This document shows, one piece after another, positions 26,336 to 37,905 of a stretch of 62,248 bases of DNA (position 1 is its first letter; every line of letters begins with the position of its first letter). The DNA comes from Negaprion brevirostris (lineage: Eukaryota): NCBI GenBank assembly GCA_030324005.1, contig JARDVH010000115.1:39800270-39862517 (forward strand). Direction: 5' to 3'. The notes beneath the pieces are model-generated. The model did no database searches, had not been told where the DNA came from, and was given only the letters and a program-made list of their open reading frames with translations. A program made the translations under genes and the position numbers.

Positions 26336-26815
26336 AATGATGGTAAATCTATATAAAACCTTAGTAAGACAGTCAGAGCACTTTGTGCAAATTTTGGCTC
26401 CACACAATGGAAGGATACTGCAGTATAATAGTGAAAACTGGATTGATATGTGTGGGAAATTTGGTCTACAGGCACAAGAACTTGAAGTTATATTACACTG
26501 TCTCCTTATGCGAATGCAGAGATCAATTTGCCTCCTGAAAGCAGGTTAATCCTGGTTCCCCCAAGCCCCTTTCCATTAATACTGGAAATAGGTGCGCTGG
26601 AGATGCATCCTGAGGATTAAAATCAAGCCCATGCTTTCCACAAGGACAAAACAAAACAGAAAATCATGGGGATTTCTGAGTATATACTGCAAACCTGGAG
26701 GTAAAGTGAAACGGTGTTAAGTGAACCCCTGGAACTTCCACAAGCATAATCTGTGGCTCTTGGCTTAGAAAACACGGTTGTCGTAATGGACGGAATTGTC
26801 TGTTTTCGAAACTAA

Positions 26816-26949
26816 GGGTGGAATTTTACATCCTGCCCATAGCAAGAATGATAGCAAGTGGGACAGAAAATTTGCCAGACTATTTAAAGGTCCATTGACC
26901 TTGGGTGGGACTTTTCAATCTTGGTGTTCACAGCCAGAAAATCCTGCCC
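26816..26949. mobile_element. MITE with TAA target-site duplication
   Basis: taa|GGGTGGAATTTT ... AAAATCCTGCCC|taa; a 3-bp TAA TSD is the PIF/Harbinger hallmark. Confidence 0.8.
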
Positions 26950-28826
26950 TAAGTGTCACTTTGGATGGGAAAAGTTACCCATTAGGTACATTGAAGGCTT
27001 TTCCCGCTTTTTTTTTGAAACTTTGTCAAAAACAATGCTGGAGGAAGATCCCACACCATCACACTGGCACAGCCCACCCCAACTGCAACATCTGTCTTCA
27101 AGAAAATGGGGCGCCATTTTTAATGGTGCCTCGATTTAACAGAAATAAAAACCAGGATCCTTCCCATGAACATGGAAAAATCCCATGCACAGAGGGAACA
27201 CTCCCTCTCCCCATGGACATAGGGAAACCCCCTCAAGGGCCTCTCCGACCAAAGCCCCCAAACCCAACAGTGCCAGGCAGCAGTGCTGGGGTGATGCCAG
27301 AGGCAGTCGCGGGAGAAATGCCCTCGTGTCCTTTCCTCCCCGGGAGTTGTATTTATCTGTGTGTCCCTGGTGGGTTCCCCTCACCTGGTTCCCTCTTTAA
27401 AAACCTGTTGTAAATCTTGCCAATGTGACCAGATAGTCTGGTAAGGGGGGAGGGAGGTTACAGCAGGACTACCTGCTAATGACAGGCTGATGCATTATGA
27501 GGATCCCCACCTTCCTAAGCACGAGCAGTTATACCAATGGCAGAAGTGAGGCTGATCGCCATTTACATCCAGGGCAAATGTGGGTGCAAAATAGCGGCCA
27601 ATATTTCTATTTTTTTGCATTTAAGGCCTTAAATTAGCTGATGCAAATCTAATTATTTACATTAGAGAAACTGCAATATATTTCTATGATGGCTTGAAGT
27701 TAAATAACCACTTCCTTCCAACACTTGAGAACATCGGAAGAAGCCAAGGTATTATCTTGTGTTTATATGTTGTAAAATCTAACTGTTGGATTATTTTAAA
27801 TGTTATATGTGAATTTATTTAAAGATTGTGTAGAACCCATAGAAAACGTACAGTGCAGAAAGTGGCCATTCAGTCCATCACGTCTGCGCTGGCCAAAAAC
27901 GAGAAAAAAGAAATCTTAATTTAACTGAACCTACCTTTTTGTAAATTAAGACTGAAGAACGAGTAAAAAAAGAACGAGCAGGTAAAAATTCTTTTGTCCA
28001 TAAGCAATGAATTTGGAAATCAACTAGTTGGTACCAGCAACAGCAGTAGGTTAATAGTCAATACACAAGTTGTGGCTTCTTAAGGGCTCAAATGACCTTC
28101 ACACAGAAAGGTTATTCTCAATCTTTCACACACAGCTTTAATTTTAAGTGGGGTGGGGGACAGTGAGAATAGAAACTAGGTCAGGAAAATGACAGCACCT
28201 TCCTGCCTCCCAACCTGTCTCCAGGGAAGCATTAAATTCCACCCACTGTTCAATAAATTTGAAATATCAGCAAGTATTATTGTTCATTTCTTACTATGAG
28301 CATGAAAACCTTCCATAATTACTCTCTGCAGGGTTGTCACTTCAAAGATTTTTTTGAGCCAGTATCCGTATAGAATAGTTTTCAAAGTAAACTCAACAAA
28401 GTAGTCATCTCTATGATAATGAATGTTAACATGCGAATTGGCATTAGCGCTGGATTGGGGATTAGCATCAGTATTAATATGGGAATTGGTATCAGCAATG
28501 ATTCGGGAATTCGTATTTGGACTGTCACTGATTCAGCTTTCTCAGTGAACTCCACTGAGTTTCCAATCACTTCAAATTTGGGACTTATACCAGTAAATTA
28601 TGGGCACTGTTGATCCTGAATTTTCTAAAAAGTTTCTAAATAACGGGTGCATCAGAAAAAGTAGAATGGCATACGTAGCTGGTAAAACTTGACTTAGCAA
28701 AGTTGTATGACAAAATTGACTTTGCCACAGTCATGTTAACCTGACACTGAATGTCAATCTTAAGAGCCTTTATCCCCAAACCATAAAGGTAATTACTTTT
28801 CTGGAGTTACAATTTAGTACATTTAC

Positions 28827-28952
28827 CTTGTATAATGCTGATGTGGAAGCAGATCCAACAGCCAATGCAACGCCAATGATTGAATCACCATGGAAACCAT
28901 CTGCATATGCCATCATCACAATCCCAGTAATTGCCATGATTGCAGCAACTAT
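28827..28952 (-). CDS. SLC35F4: SLC35F4 coding exon (126 bp)
   Basis: IVAAIMAITGIVMMAYADGFHGDSIIGVALAVGSASTSALYK; acceptor tacaatag|ATA, donor AAG|gtaaat. The ORF track shows only its antisense shadow. Confidence 0.96.
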
Positions 28953-31467
28953 CTATTGTATAGGGAGAGGGGAGGGAAAGAGAATTGAAAATGGTTCAGA
29001 CAAGCTTTACAAAATCCTGCTAGATTAAAGTGAACAAATCTCCATGGTACCATAATAACAACCGCAAAGAACTTTTGTCTCAGTATTTCCAAATGTTCAT
29101 ATTTTTCTATAATCCCCATGCAGATGCCAGTTTTAGCTAATGACAATACAGTGACGCAAATTAGCATAACACATGAATGAATTTTATTAATTAAGAATGC
29201 CCCTTTCAATTTACAGATTTAATTTCAATAATTTTAGTTGTTAACAGAAAAAACATTTTTTTCAGGTTTCCCCCAGAGATGGGGAATTTTGTAAATTCCA
29301 AGATTAAAAGTAAAATCTTTTGTAGCCATTTGGCAGATTTGAGTGAAGGAACTCTTAAATATGCTTATTATATTAAATTGCTCTGAACCAGTTTTCATAC
29401 AATTATTTCCATCCATTTCTCAGGATATTTTCTATTTTACTAATTTGTTTTACAAATATTTTGCACAGGTAATCTGGTCAAAGTCGTGGCACAGACTTGA
29501 ACCGTATCCCCTTACATGCACTTCTGAGTTAGTTTCCTTCCGAAATATATATATTAAAGAAAACTGATTCTGTGGACTCATAGAATCCCTATGAGACTCC
29601 TACTCACTTCAGTGTGCAGACTGTACTCAGAGTACTAAATGAATATTTTATTGTTTAACTATCTTTCGCTCAGTCACATTATATAATTATGAGACCAAGA
29701 CTTCATTACAATGAAATTTTATGCAAAATAACTTCCACAAGTCTGCTCAGACTGTAAAGATTCCTTCAGTATCCTGTTGCTAACATACTGCACAAAGCAG
29801 AAGCACAAGAAATTTGCTGCAGATTAGTTATCCATCCATTTACCTGGAGAGGTATGAATTTCCCAGGAACTTGAGTGACTGGCACCTCTGCTACCTACCT
29901 GGCTGAGTTGACCATCAGTTACCAACACTGATGTGCTTGTTTCTCTCAATATCTACAGCACCACTGATAACACAGCATGGAAGTAAGCATTGCACTGACA
30001 CTTACAAAGAGCACAAGGATATCGAAACATAAAGTCACAACATATAAGGAGTAGGATGTAAGGGTAAATTATGTAACAAACACAAATTACACAGAATATT
30101 GATATGTATCATCTTTAATGTTTATTAAAAAATCCTTTAGTACAACGTTGGTGGAAGTAGAAAACTATTAATAGTTATGACGTTCACACATGGTACTCAA
30201 AGTGAGAAACATGATCATTTGAGTAAAAAATTACATTTGCCTTTAGTTTCTGATGTAGATCCACAGAGATCTCATTTGGTCTAACTGAATTATGCAGAAT
30301 ATAGCATACTGTATTAATTATATAAAGCTTTTCTGTTGTATTCTAAAGCTCTGTCAGATCTCCTCCAAGAATGAAACGATGTGTTATATCTTTAATGACT
30401 AAGAATACAAGAGTTAGATCATGGTATTATGCACCTGTCCAATTCATATCCATCACTACTCAGAAGTAATGGGCTTCATAAATTCTCTGAAATATTTTGA
30501 GCACAAAGCATCAAGATAGAATCCTTGATTTCAGAATAAAAGAGGTAAAGATAGTTTCTAGTTCTTCCTGCCAGCCGGATTTTCAATGGTTTGAACGGCT
30601 CGCAGCATCTACTGTGGGGGAAGCCCCCGCAACAGGGTCAAAAAATCCTGACCTGTATCAAACTTAAAGAAAAACCATTTAATTGGGAAAAGGTGAGTGT
30701 CAAGTTAGAAGACTGGACAGAAATAAAATAGCATTGAATGACGAAAAGATTAACGAGAAGGGAAGAATTAGAATTTCAGAGTAAGATGGCTATAAATATA
30801 AAGCCATATAAGAGTTTCTATAGATATTGAAAAAAGAAAATAACGAAGTGAGCATTGGTCCTATAGAAAATGAGGCTGGAGAATTAACAATGGAAAATAA
30901 GATGATGTCAGATGAATTGAACAGGTATTTAGCACCAGTCTTCACTATAAAGGGTGCAAGTAATATCCCAGCAATAGCTGTTAATCAGGAAATGGAAAGA
31001 AGATAGGGTCTCAAGAAAATTATAATCACCAGGGAAGTGGTACTGAGCAAATTACTGGAGCTGTGGGTTGACAAGACCAGGTCCTGATGGACTTCATCCA
31101 GAGATAGTTGATGCACTCATTTTAATTTTCTAAAGTTCCCTAAATTCAGGCAAGATTCCTTTAGATTGGGAAATAACAAAAATAACTCCTTCATTCAAAA
31201 AGGAAGAGAGACTGAAAGCAGAAAAATACAGGTCAGTTAGCTTAATATCTATCATAGGGAAAATGTTAAAAGCTGTTATTAAAGATATATTAAAAAGTCT
31301 GACAACACCAGGTTTTAGTCCAACCGATTTATTTGATAGTAAACTCACAAGCTTTCGGGGTTAGCCCNNNNNNNNNNNNNNNNNNNNNNNNNNNNNNNNN
31401 NNNNNNNNNNNNNNNNNNNNNNNNNNNNNNNNNNNNNNNNNNNNNNNNNNNNNNNNNNNNNNNNNNN

Positions 31468-32144
31468 ACAAACTGGGAAGCTTTTATCAAAACAAATTTT
31501 ATTTAACAACACAGATTAACTATAACAAATTAATTAGCTTAACATTTACCAATTGTTCAATACTTAAACACAACAATACAGTTCTTAACTGTTAACCTAT
31601 CTCTACAAGTTCCAATTCAAACAATATTTCTCTTAGAGATTTAAAACTCCTCTTCAAAACTGGTTAGCAAACACAGGTTTATGTACTTGCATTGGTTAAC
31701 ATCCTAGAGCTTTTTAAACACCTATGGAGAGACAGAGACTGAGAAACATCTGTCTTCTCACAGCCCAAAAACAGCAACCTCCAGAGATATAGAGACAGAA
31801 AAACACCTATTGTTTCTTTCAGAACCAGACAAAAACTGATTGTCTTTTTAAAACAAAACTTGCATTGTCCTTGCAAGCTCAGCTCTTCCCATTAGCACAT
31901 GACTTTGTCAATCTAATCAAAACCCTAGTCTGAAACCCGAAGGGAAACTTAAACAAACATAAATGCATTATTAGGTTTAGACAAACACACCATTGGCTAA
32001 AATCAGTCATTATCTTGCATTCTCAACATGGAGCTGCACTTTTCCAGACAAATTGGCACCATGTAAAGCAGAGCTGAATTTTAAACATACCCCTTATAAC
32101 AAACATGATAAATGTATATTTCTTCAAGGCAAAGTACCATCACA
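31468..32144 (-). mobile_element. LTR-like sequence with one end in gap
   Basis: Minus strand starts TGTGATGG at 32144, has AATAAA near 31500, and abuts a LINE fragment abruptly. Confidence 0.5.
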
Positions 32145-32808
32145 GAAGGTTCAGAAGGTGCTGTTTATGGAACCTTGGTGAGCTCTTGCAATTCATCTTA
32201 CAGATGGTACACACTGCTGCTTCAGTTGCTTGGTGGTGGCAGGAATGAATGTTTGTGAAGGAGGTAGCAATCAAGTGAATTGCTTTGTCCTGGATGGTGT
32301 CCAGATTCTTAGTGTGTTGTTTGAGCTGCACTCACCCAAGCAAACAGACAATATTCCATCACACTCTTGACTTGTGCCTTGTAGATGGTGAACAGGCTTT
32401 GGAGTCAGGGGGTGAGTTACTCACCAGAGGATTCTGAGCCTTTGAACTGCCTCTTGTAGCCACTGTGTTTATATGACTAGTCCAGTTCAATTTCTAGTCA
32501 ATGGTTTAAGTTTATTTATTAGTGTCACAAATAGTCTTACATTAACACTTAACCCCCAGAATGTTTACAGTAGGAAATTCAATGATGGCAATGCCACTGA
32601 GTGTCAAGGGATGATAGTTAGATCCTCTCTTGTTGATGGTCATTGCCTGGCAAGAATGCTACTTGTCAGTTGTCAGCCCAAGCATGGATATTGTCCAGGT
32701 ACATTTGGACATAGACTGTTTCGATGCGAGTCATCAGCACATGTCCCCATTTCTGACCTTAAGAAGAAAGAAAGGAATGTCATCGATGGAGCAACTGAAG
32801 ATGGTTGC
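32145..32808 (-). mobile_element. Diverged APE-type LINE fragment with SINE-tail insert at about 32505-32550
   Basis: Alignable by eye to 42905-43130 and 43500-43900. Confidence 0.75.
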
Positions 32809-33050
32809 AACCATGGGTTCATGTCGCACCATCTGTAACCCCCATGACTTGCCTGGGTTTGCAAAATCTCACTTACTATCCTGTCTGGAGACAATACACA
32901 TCTCTTTAACCTGTGCTTAATGCTATCTCCACTCACATTGTTGGCCACTTTAAGACTTGAATAGCAGGTTAGTTGTAAAGATTCGCATTCTAATCAGTAA
33001 TCTGTAAACTGTCTGTGCTTTATATGCTCAGTCCGAGGCCAGAACTCTCC

Positions 33051-33090
33051 ATTCACCTGACGAAGGGGCTAACCCCGAAAGCTTGTGAGT
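33051..33090 (+). ncRNA. Minimal type I hammerhead ribozyme motif (Penelope-associated)
   Basis: ATTCAC-CTGACGA-A-GGGG(CTAA)CCCC-GAAA-GC-TT-GTGAGT: stem I ATTCAC/GTGAGT, full CUGANGA and GAAA core, palindromic AGCT in place of stem III. Confidence 0.8.
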
Positions 33091-33455
33091 TTACTATCAA
33101 ATAAATTGGTTGGACTAAAACCTGGTGTTGTCAGACTTTTTACTGTGTTTACCCCCGTCCAACGCCGGCATACCCACATCATTAAAGATATATGGCAGGG
33201 CCCATAGAAAAATTCAAGGTAATCAAGGTAAAAAAAAATCATTTATTGGATTAATTAGAGTTCTTTGAAGTAACGTGTTGTCGATAAAGAGGAACCAATG
33301 GATGTACTGTATTTAGATTTTCAGAAGGCATTTAATAATGTGCCACATCAAAGGTTACTGTGGAAAGTCAAAATTTATGCTGTGGTGAGTAACATACTGG
33401 CATGGATAGAAGACTGGACGGGCTAACAGGAAACAGAGTAGGCATAAATGGGTCA

Positions 33456-34085
33456 CGTTGTAGGGCAATATCAGGGATCATATCTTCTATATTTTAATTT
33501 ATATGTCCGTTCATGTTTTATTTCATTTCAGTATAATATATACAGGGCTACATAGAGCAAGCCCAGATAACCAGAGAGAAGGAAAAGGCTAATGCAGACA
33601 GCAAGAGGCCTGCTCTGCTGAGATCATTCCAAACTATCACAACAATGGGAGAACTAGCATTAAGACAGCCAGGCTCCATATAGTCTAGGGAGGTCTTAGT
33701 CTTCTGTAAAGCATGATCACTGAGCAGATGGGAGGGGGGGAACGATTAATACATTGTTGTAAATCTGTTGGACAAATACAATGCTTTGACATTATAATCA
33801 GGTAAACGGAACTGTTCGACGAACTGATTAGCAAAGTTGTACTGAACAATGCAGTCTGCATCACAAGAGTAGAAGAACCATCCTGCATCCAATCGAAGAA
33901 TTAATATGCAATGTAAACCTTTGTGACTCAAAACCTGTACCAATCTAGCAGAGGCAGAGGAAGACTTGCAGGCCACCTGAGATTTCAGGCCGGAGTCCAG
34001 CTCTCCCTCATGCATGTAGAGTAAAAACTTGTCTTGAAGTTCAACACAGTCTCCAAGGCTTGACTTGTTTTATTTCTCTCCTACA
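33456..34085 (+). mobile_element. Solo LTR (630 bp) with 5-bp TSD
   Basis: ggtca|(c)GTTGTAGGG ... CTCCTACA|ggtca; interrupts the CR1 RT sequence cleanly. Confidence 0.75.
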
Positions 34086-37000
34086 GGTCATTTTCTGCTT
34101 GGCAAGAGGTAATGACTGGTGTGCCACAGCGATCAGTTCTGGCCCTCCAACTTTTTACAATTTATATAAATGACGTGGATGAAGGGAATGAAGATATGGT
34201 TGCTAAATTTGCTGATGATACAAAGTAATAAAGAGCCATTCATGGCCATCAAAGCAAGGAAGGTAATTCACGGTCAATGTTCAATGAGTGAAATCTGCCA
34301 ATTTTTGTTTCTTGGCTAAGGCAAAACCGACAGAAACACAATCCTACCAAATATTTTTCTGCTGCTGTTTGCCACTGCTGTTTTGATACCATCAAAATGC
34401 TAAGTCTTCCCATTGGGAAGGTGGCTGTTGAGGACTGCAGATTCACAACTCTAGTATTATTAATAGTGGAAACTTAAATAGGTCTCAGGATTCTTGGAGA
34501 TAACATACAGGGGATCACTTTCCATGTCTACACTGTCACCAGAGGCACACACTGAAACAACTGTGCGCAGTGCCCCAACAATTCATCAATGTGTTCTTGG
34601 CGAGCAAAGTTCCCAGCACTGGTGCCAACATAACAAATGACCCATATGACCTCATTTTTTATTCTCTGATAGATTCCATAAGTACTTACAATTACAGATT
34701 GCCTGATCCTGTGAATTCCCCTTCTGTATCAGCATACTGATTGGGAATATCCTCAACTACTAGAATCTCCATAAGCATTGTTTTATATGAATTCATTTTC
34801 ACATCCTGGGAGGCTAATCTTGCCTCATCATTTCTCCCTATAATCTATTCAAGAATAATGAGAGTACCTTAGCACCTACCATTTTAAAGCAAAAAATACT
34901 TCAACATCAATTATATTGTATATTTTATTAATATTCATCTATATCTAGGTTACAAAGGAAACAAGGTAAAAAAAAACTAAGTAGGAATTTTACAGTTTTG
35001 TGACAAATTAGAAAATGTGTTTCTTCTCAATATGCCATTAATGCTTTTCTTGACAGAGTATTTTGGCATCATTTCATCTGCCTGCCTTTTGGAATAAACT
35101 GAGCGCATTTCGTTTAGTACGGATATAGCATAATACTGACAAGGCATAATAAGTAGTTAAGAAAATGCTGAACATTCTAAAAATAGTGATGACAATCTAT
35201 GAAAGGAAATGCTATGCCATATGCCTGAATAATTTCCCAACTCTTAGTGATTACAACACTCAGCATATCATTCCAGCCAACAGTCAGAGTGATTTATGAA
35301 TTTTCAACTCAGGAACCAGTTTCAAACATCAGCAGTAAAATTGTTTAACTATGAATACTAATGTTCAGCATTTGTCACTCGCCAATATCATACTTGCACT
35401 TCAACGAGCAGTTAAGATGTAGCTGGTGCACTGAATGTCGCGTACTGTTGTGGATACATTTGTTTTTGTCCAGAAAGGCCATAGTTGAAGTTGCCTGATT
35501 GTGAGACCTGAAGAGTGTTTGTGTTTAAATCATGACTTACTGGTATCACAGCTAAGACAAGAATAAAAACAGTGGGGATGATTTTAATCCAACCTATCTG
35601 GATGTGGATGGGATAAATTGCTACTAGGACGGCAAAAATCAACTTACAGCCCATTTCCCGCAAGGAATCCCCTAGCCACCATTTGGATATTGGAGCTGAG
35701 TCTGATGGCGACAGGCAGGTGCCTCATTAATAGATGTATAATATAGGGAGCTAATTAGGGCCCCAACATCATTTTAGTTGAGCATGTTAGAAATCCTGCC
35801 CAACACCATCTTGTTGAGTAAAACCTTGCTTCACAAACTGACTGATGTAACTGAAAGTGCTCTTAAGAGGCACTTGACTGCAAGCACTCAGATCACTGGA
35901 ATTCCTGTGCTTATCTGGGTTTCCATGGAACTTCAGAGCTTTGAGTGAAGGAATGGGTGGGCTCAATAACTGTTTATGGAAGGCCTTATTCAACCAATGA
36001 GGTCTACAGGTCAGGAGTCACTTTCCTTGATGTAACTCAGCAACACTGCATCAGGAAGCTGCACAAAACCAGCTGAATTATACAGCCATTTAGAACAGGA
36101 CCTGCTTCTTGTCAGCCTATGCTTTGTCAGTTGGGTTAAAGGCACCATAGCCTTACTATTTTCACTTTAGGCTCCATCCATCCTGCTACAGTGATCATCA
36201 CCCATCTTTTCAGCACTCAGCTGCATCAAGCAGGTCACCAATATCCTTTATGCCAGAGTCAACCAATGCATTCCTTTCCCCATGGACGCCAACAGTCAGA
36301 ATAAGAGAGCTCTGGGATTTGTAGTGGTGGCTGGTTTCCCTCACGTGAAGGCATAAATCAACTGCCCTCAAGTGGCCACAGGATGCTAGAAGACAAACTA
36401 TCAACTTATGTCAACTGGAGTGCTTTCACTCCATCAATTGGCACAGTTCACCTCAGAGGAGGCTTGGCATATTTGGTAGAAGCTGCTACCATGCTTTCCT
36501 CCTATGGCACTCATCCATTCCCAGATTGTCCACCCACCCAAAGACAAAACAATTTGAAGACATGGGGCTAGCTCCTTTGCACACGGCTGAAGGTAACACT
36601 TCACAACCCCACTTGAGCAGCTCAGTCACAACTACAGCCATTTCTATTATTGCACATCACTGTGGCAGATGGAACTGGAGCCATAGAATAAATATAGAAA
36701 TTCAAGTGTTCCAGGACAGATAGGCTGCATTGCCATGGAAGTGGAGTGGCAGAAAACTGGAATGGAACCACTTTTTTCTTTGTTACAGTCCCTTTCAGGC
36801 AATTATACGATTCTCTGGTCTTGTACGCCCCACTACTACTCCAATGAGAATGGAGAATTTGGCACTCAGCCAAATCTCCATTTACTGCAGCGGGACTAAA
36901 GAATCCTAGCTGCAGGTGAGGTTGGAGAATTCCAGACAAAATCCACCAGCAACAGTGGAGAACAAGATAATTTTCTGCACCATCACTCCACATAGCCCTG

Positions 37001-37128
37001 TACCACATCCACACATTACTTGCAGGTTCTATAGCCAGTAGTAAGTCAACACAAAGGGCCATTTGTGAGTCCCACAATACCATACCCAAAAGACAATCAA
37101 TCTCGTGATGAATGGCTATTTGGATATC

Positions 37129-37350
37129 ATGATGTGGATGTGCCGGCGTTGGACTGGGGTAAACACAGTAAAAAGTCTGACAACACCAGGTTTAAGTCCA
37201 ACCGATTTATTTGATAGTAAACTCACTAGCTTTCAAGGTTACCCTCTTCATCAGGTGACGAAGAGGGTAACCTCGAAAGCTTGTGAGTTTACTATCAAAT
37301 AAATCGGTTGGACTTAAACCCGGTGTTGTCAGACTTTTTACTGTGCCCAC
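37129..37350. mobile_element. Penelope-like terminal repeat folded back into a 182-bp palindrome (37164-37345)
   Basis: Arms 37164-37253 and 37256-37345 are reverse complements with 4 mismatches counted by eye; same family as 33051-33180. Confidence 0.9.
37221..37259 (-). ncRNA. Minimal hammerhead ribozyme motif, same strand as SLC35F4 pre-mRNA
   Basis: Minus strand GTCAC-CTGATGA-A-GAGG(GTAA)CCTT-GAAA-GC-TA-GTGAGT. Confidence 0.7.
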
Positions 37351-37370
37351 TCAAAACTGACAACAAGTGA

Positions 37371-37438
37371 GGGTCCATCTGGGATTTGAACCCAGGAATC
37401 TCCCCGGAGTGAGAATCATACCACTAGACCAACGAGCC
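37371..37438 (-). pseudogene. tRNA-Pro (probably CGG) pseudogene
   Basis: GGCTCGTTGGTCTAGTGGTATGATTCTCACTCCGGGGAGATTCCTGGGTTCAAATCCCAGATGGACCC. The 5' 28 nt match vertebrate tRNA-Pro; A and B boxes intact; anticodon arm partly deleted; acceptor stem mispaired; no encoded CCA; T4 about 15 nt downstream. Confidence 0.85.
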
Positions 37439-37905
37439 GCTGGCACAGGAAGGGAGAGAGAAAGGAAGACTGCGCAGAGAGCTGGGTTTTCAAAGCAACA
37501 CCCACAGGAATTCCAGATTCCGATCTCGCGCCTGAACTCGGTCGGTCTGGCCGAGCATCTCAGGAAGCTGGGAGCTGTCAAGGCACGTGGCGGCCATGTT
37601 GGAATCTGCTGTGGCTTTTCTGGGCAGAGTAAGCAGTTCATCAGGTGGCCAGGGTTAAGGGCGAGGGAATGGACGCCTGCATGAGAAGTTAAGGTGTAGC
37701 ATTCTTCCCGGTGCTAAGAGAGGAGGAATAGAAATGGAGAGAAGCAGTGGGGGCAGGGGATTGAAGGGAGAGGGCAGAGCGGAGAGGAGCAGAGGGGATA
37801 GAGACAGTGAGGGAGATTGATAGAAGGGACAGGAGGCAGAAGGGAGAGGGACAGAGGGGAAGCGAGGCAGAAGGTAGAGAGAGAGAGAAAGAGACATAGG
37901 GAGAG

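Larger units (their letters stand above)
31291..33180. mobile_element. Penelope-like insertion with inverted arms, internal foreign DNA and 13-bp TSD
   Basis: attaaagatatat at 31278-31290 and 33181-33193; 31291-31367 is the reverse complement of 33066-33142 with 1 mismatch; right arm begins with NHGFMSHHL*, resembling the C-terminus of Penelope ORFs. Confidence 0.8.
30660..34230 (+). mobile_element. CR1 LINE ORF2 fragment split in three (about 30660-31290, 33181-33455, 34086-34230) by a Penelope-type insertion and a solo LTR
   Basis: Colinear CR1 motifs PGPDGLHP, KYRSVSLISIIGKMLK, YLDFQKAFNNVPH, GVPQRSVL, AKFADDTK. Confidence 0.88.

Noticed and set aside
26796-27413. 205-aa ORF, the longest gap-free ORF in the track
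   Set aside because: Non-ATG start, begins across a MITE, Pro/Gly-rich low-information sequence with no recognisable domain.
28828-29028. Plus-strand ORF MYNADVEADPT... (also 10464-10727)
   Set aside because: Antisense shadows of real SLC35F4 exons.
37371-37438. Functional tRNA-Pro gene
   Set aside because: Anticodon stem has a deletion and the acceptor stem is mispaired; called a pseudogene.
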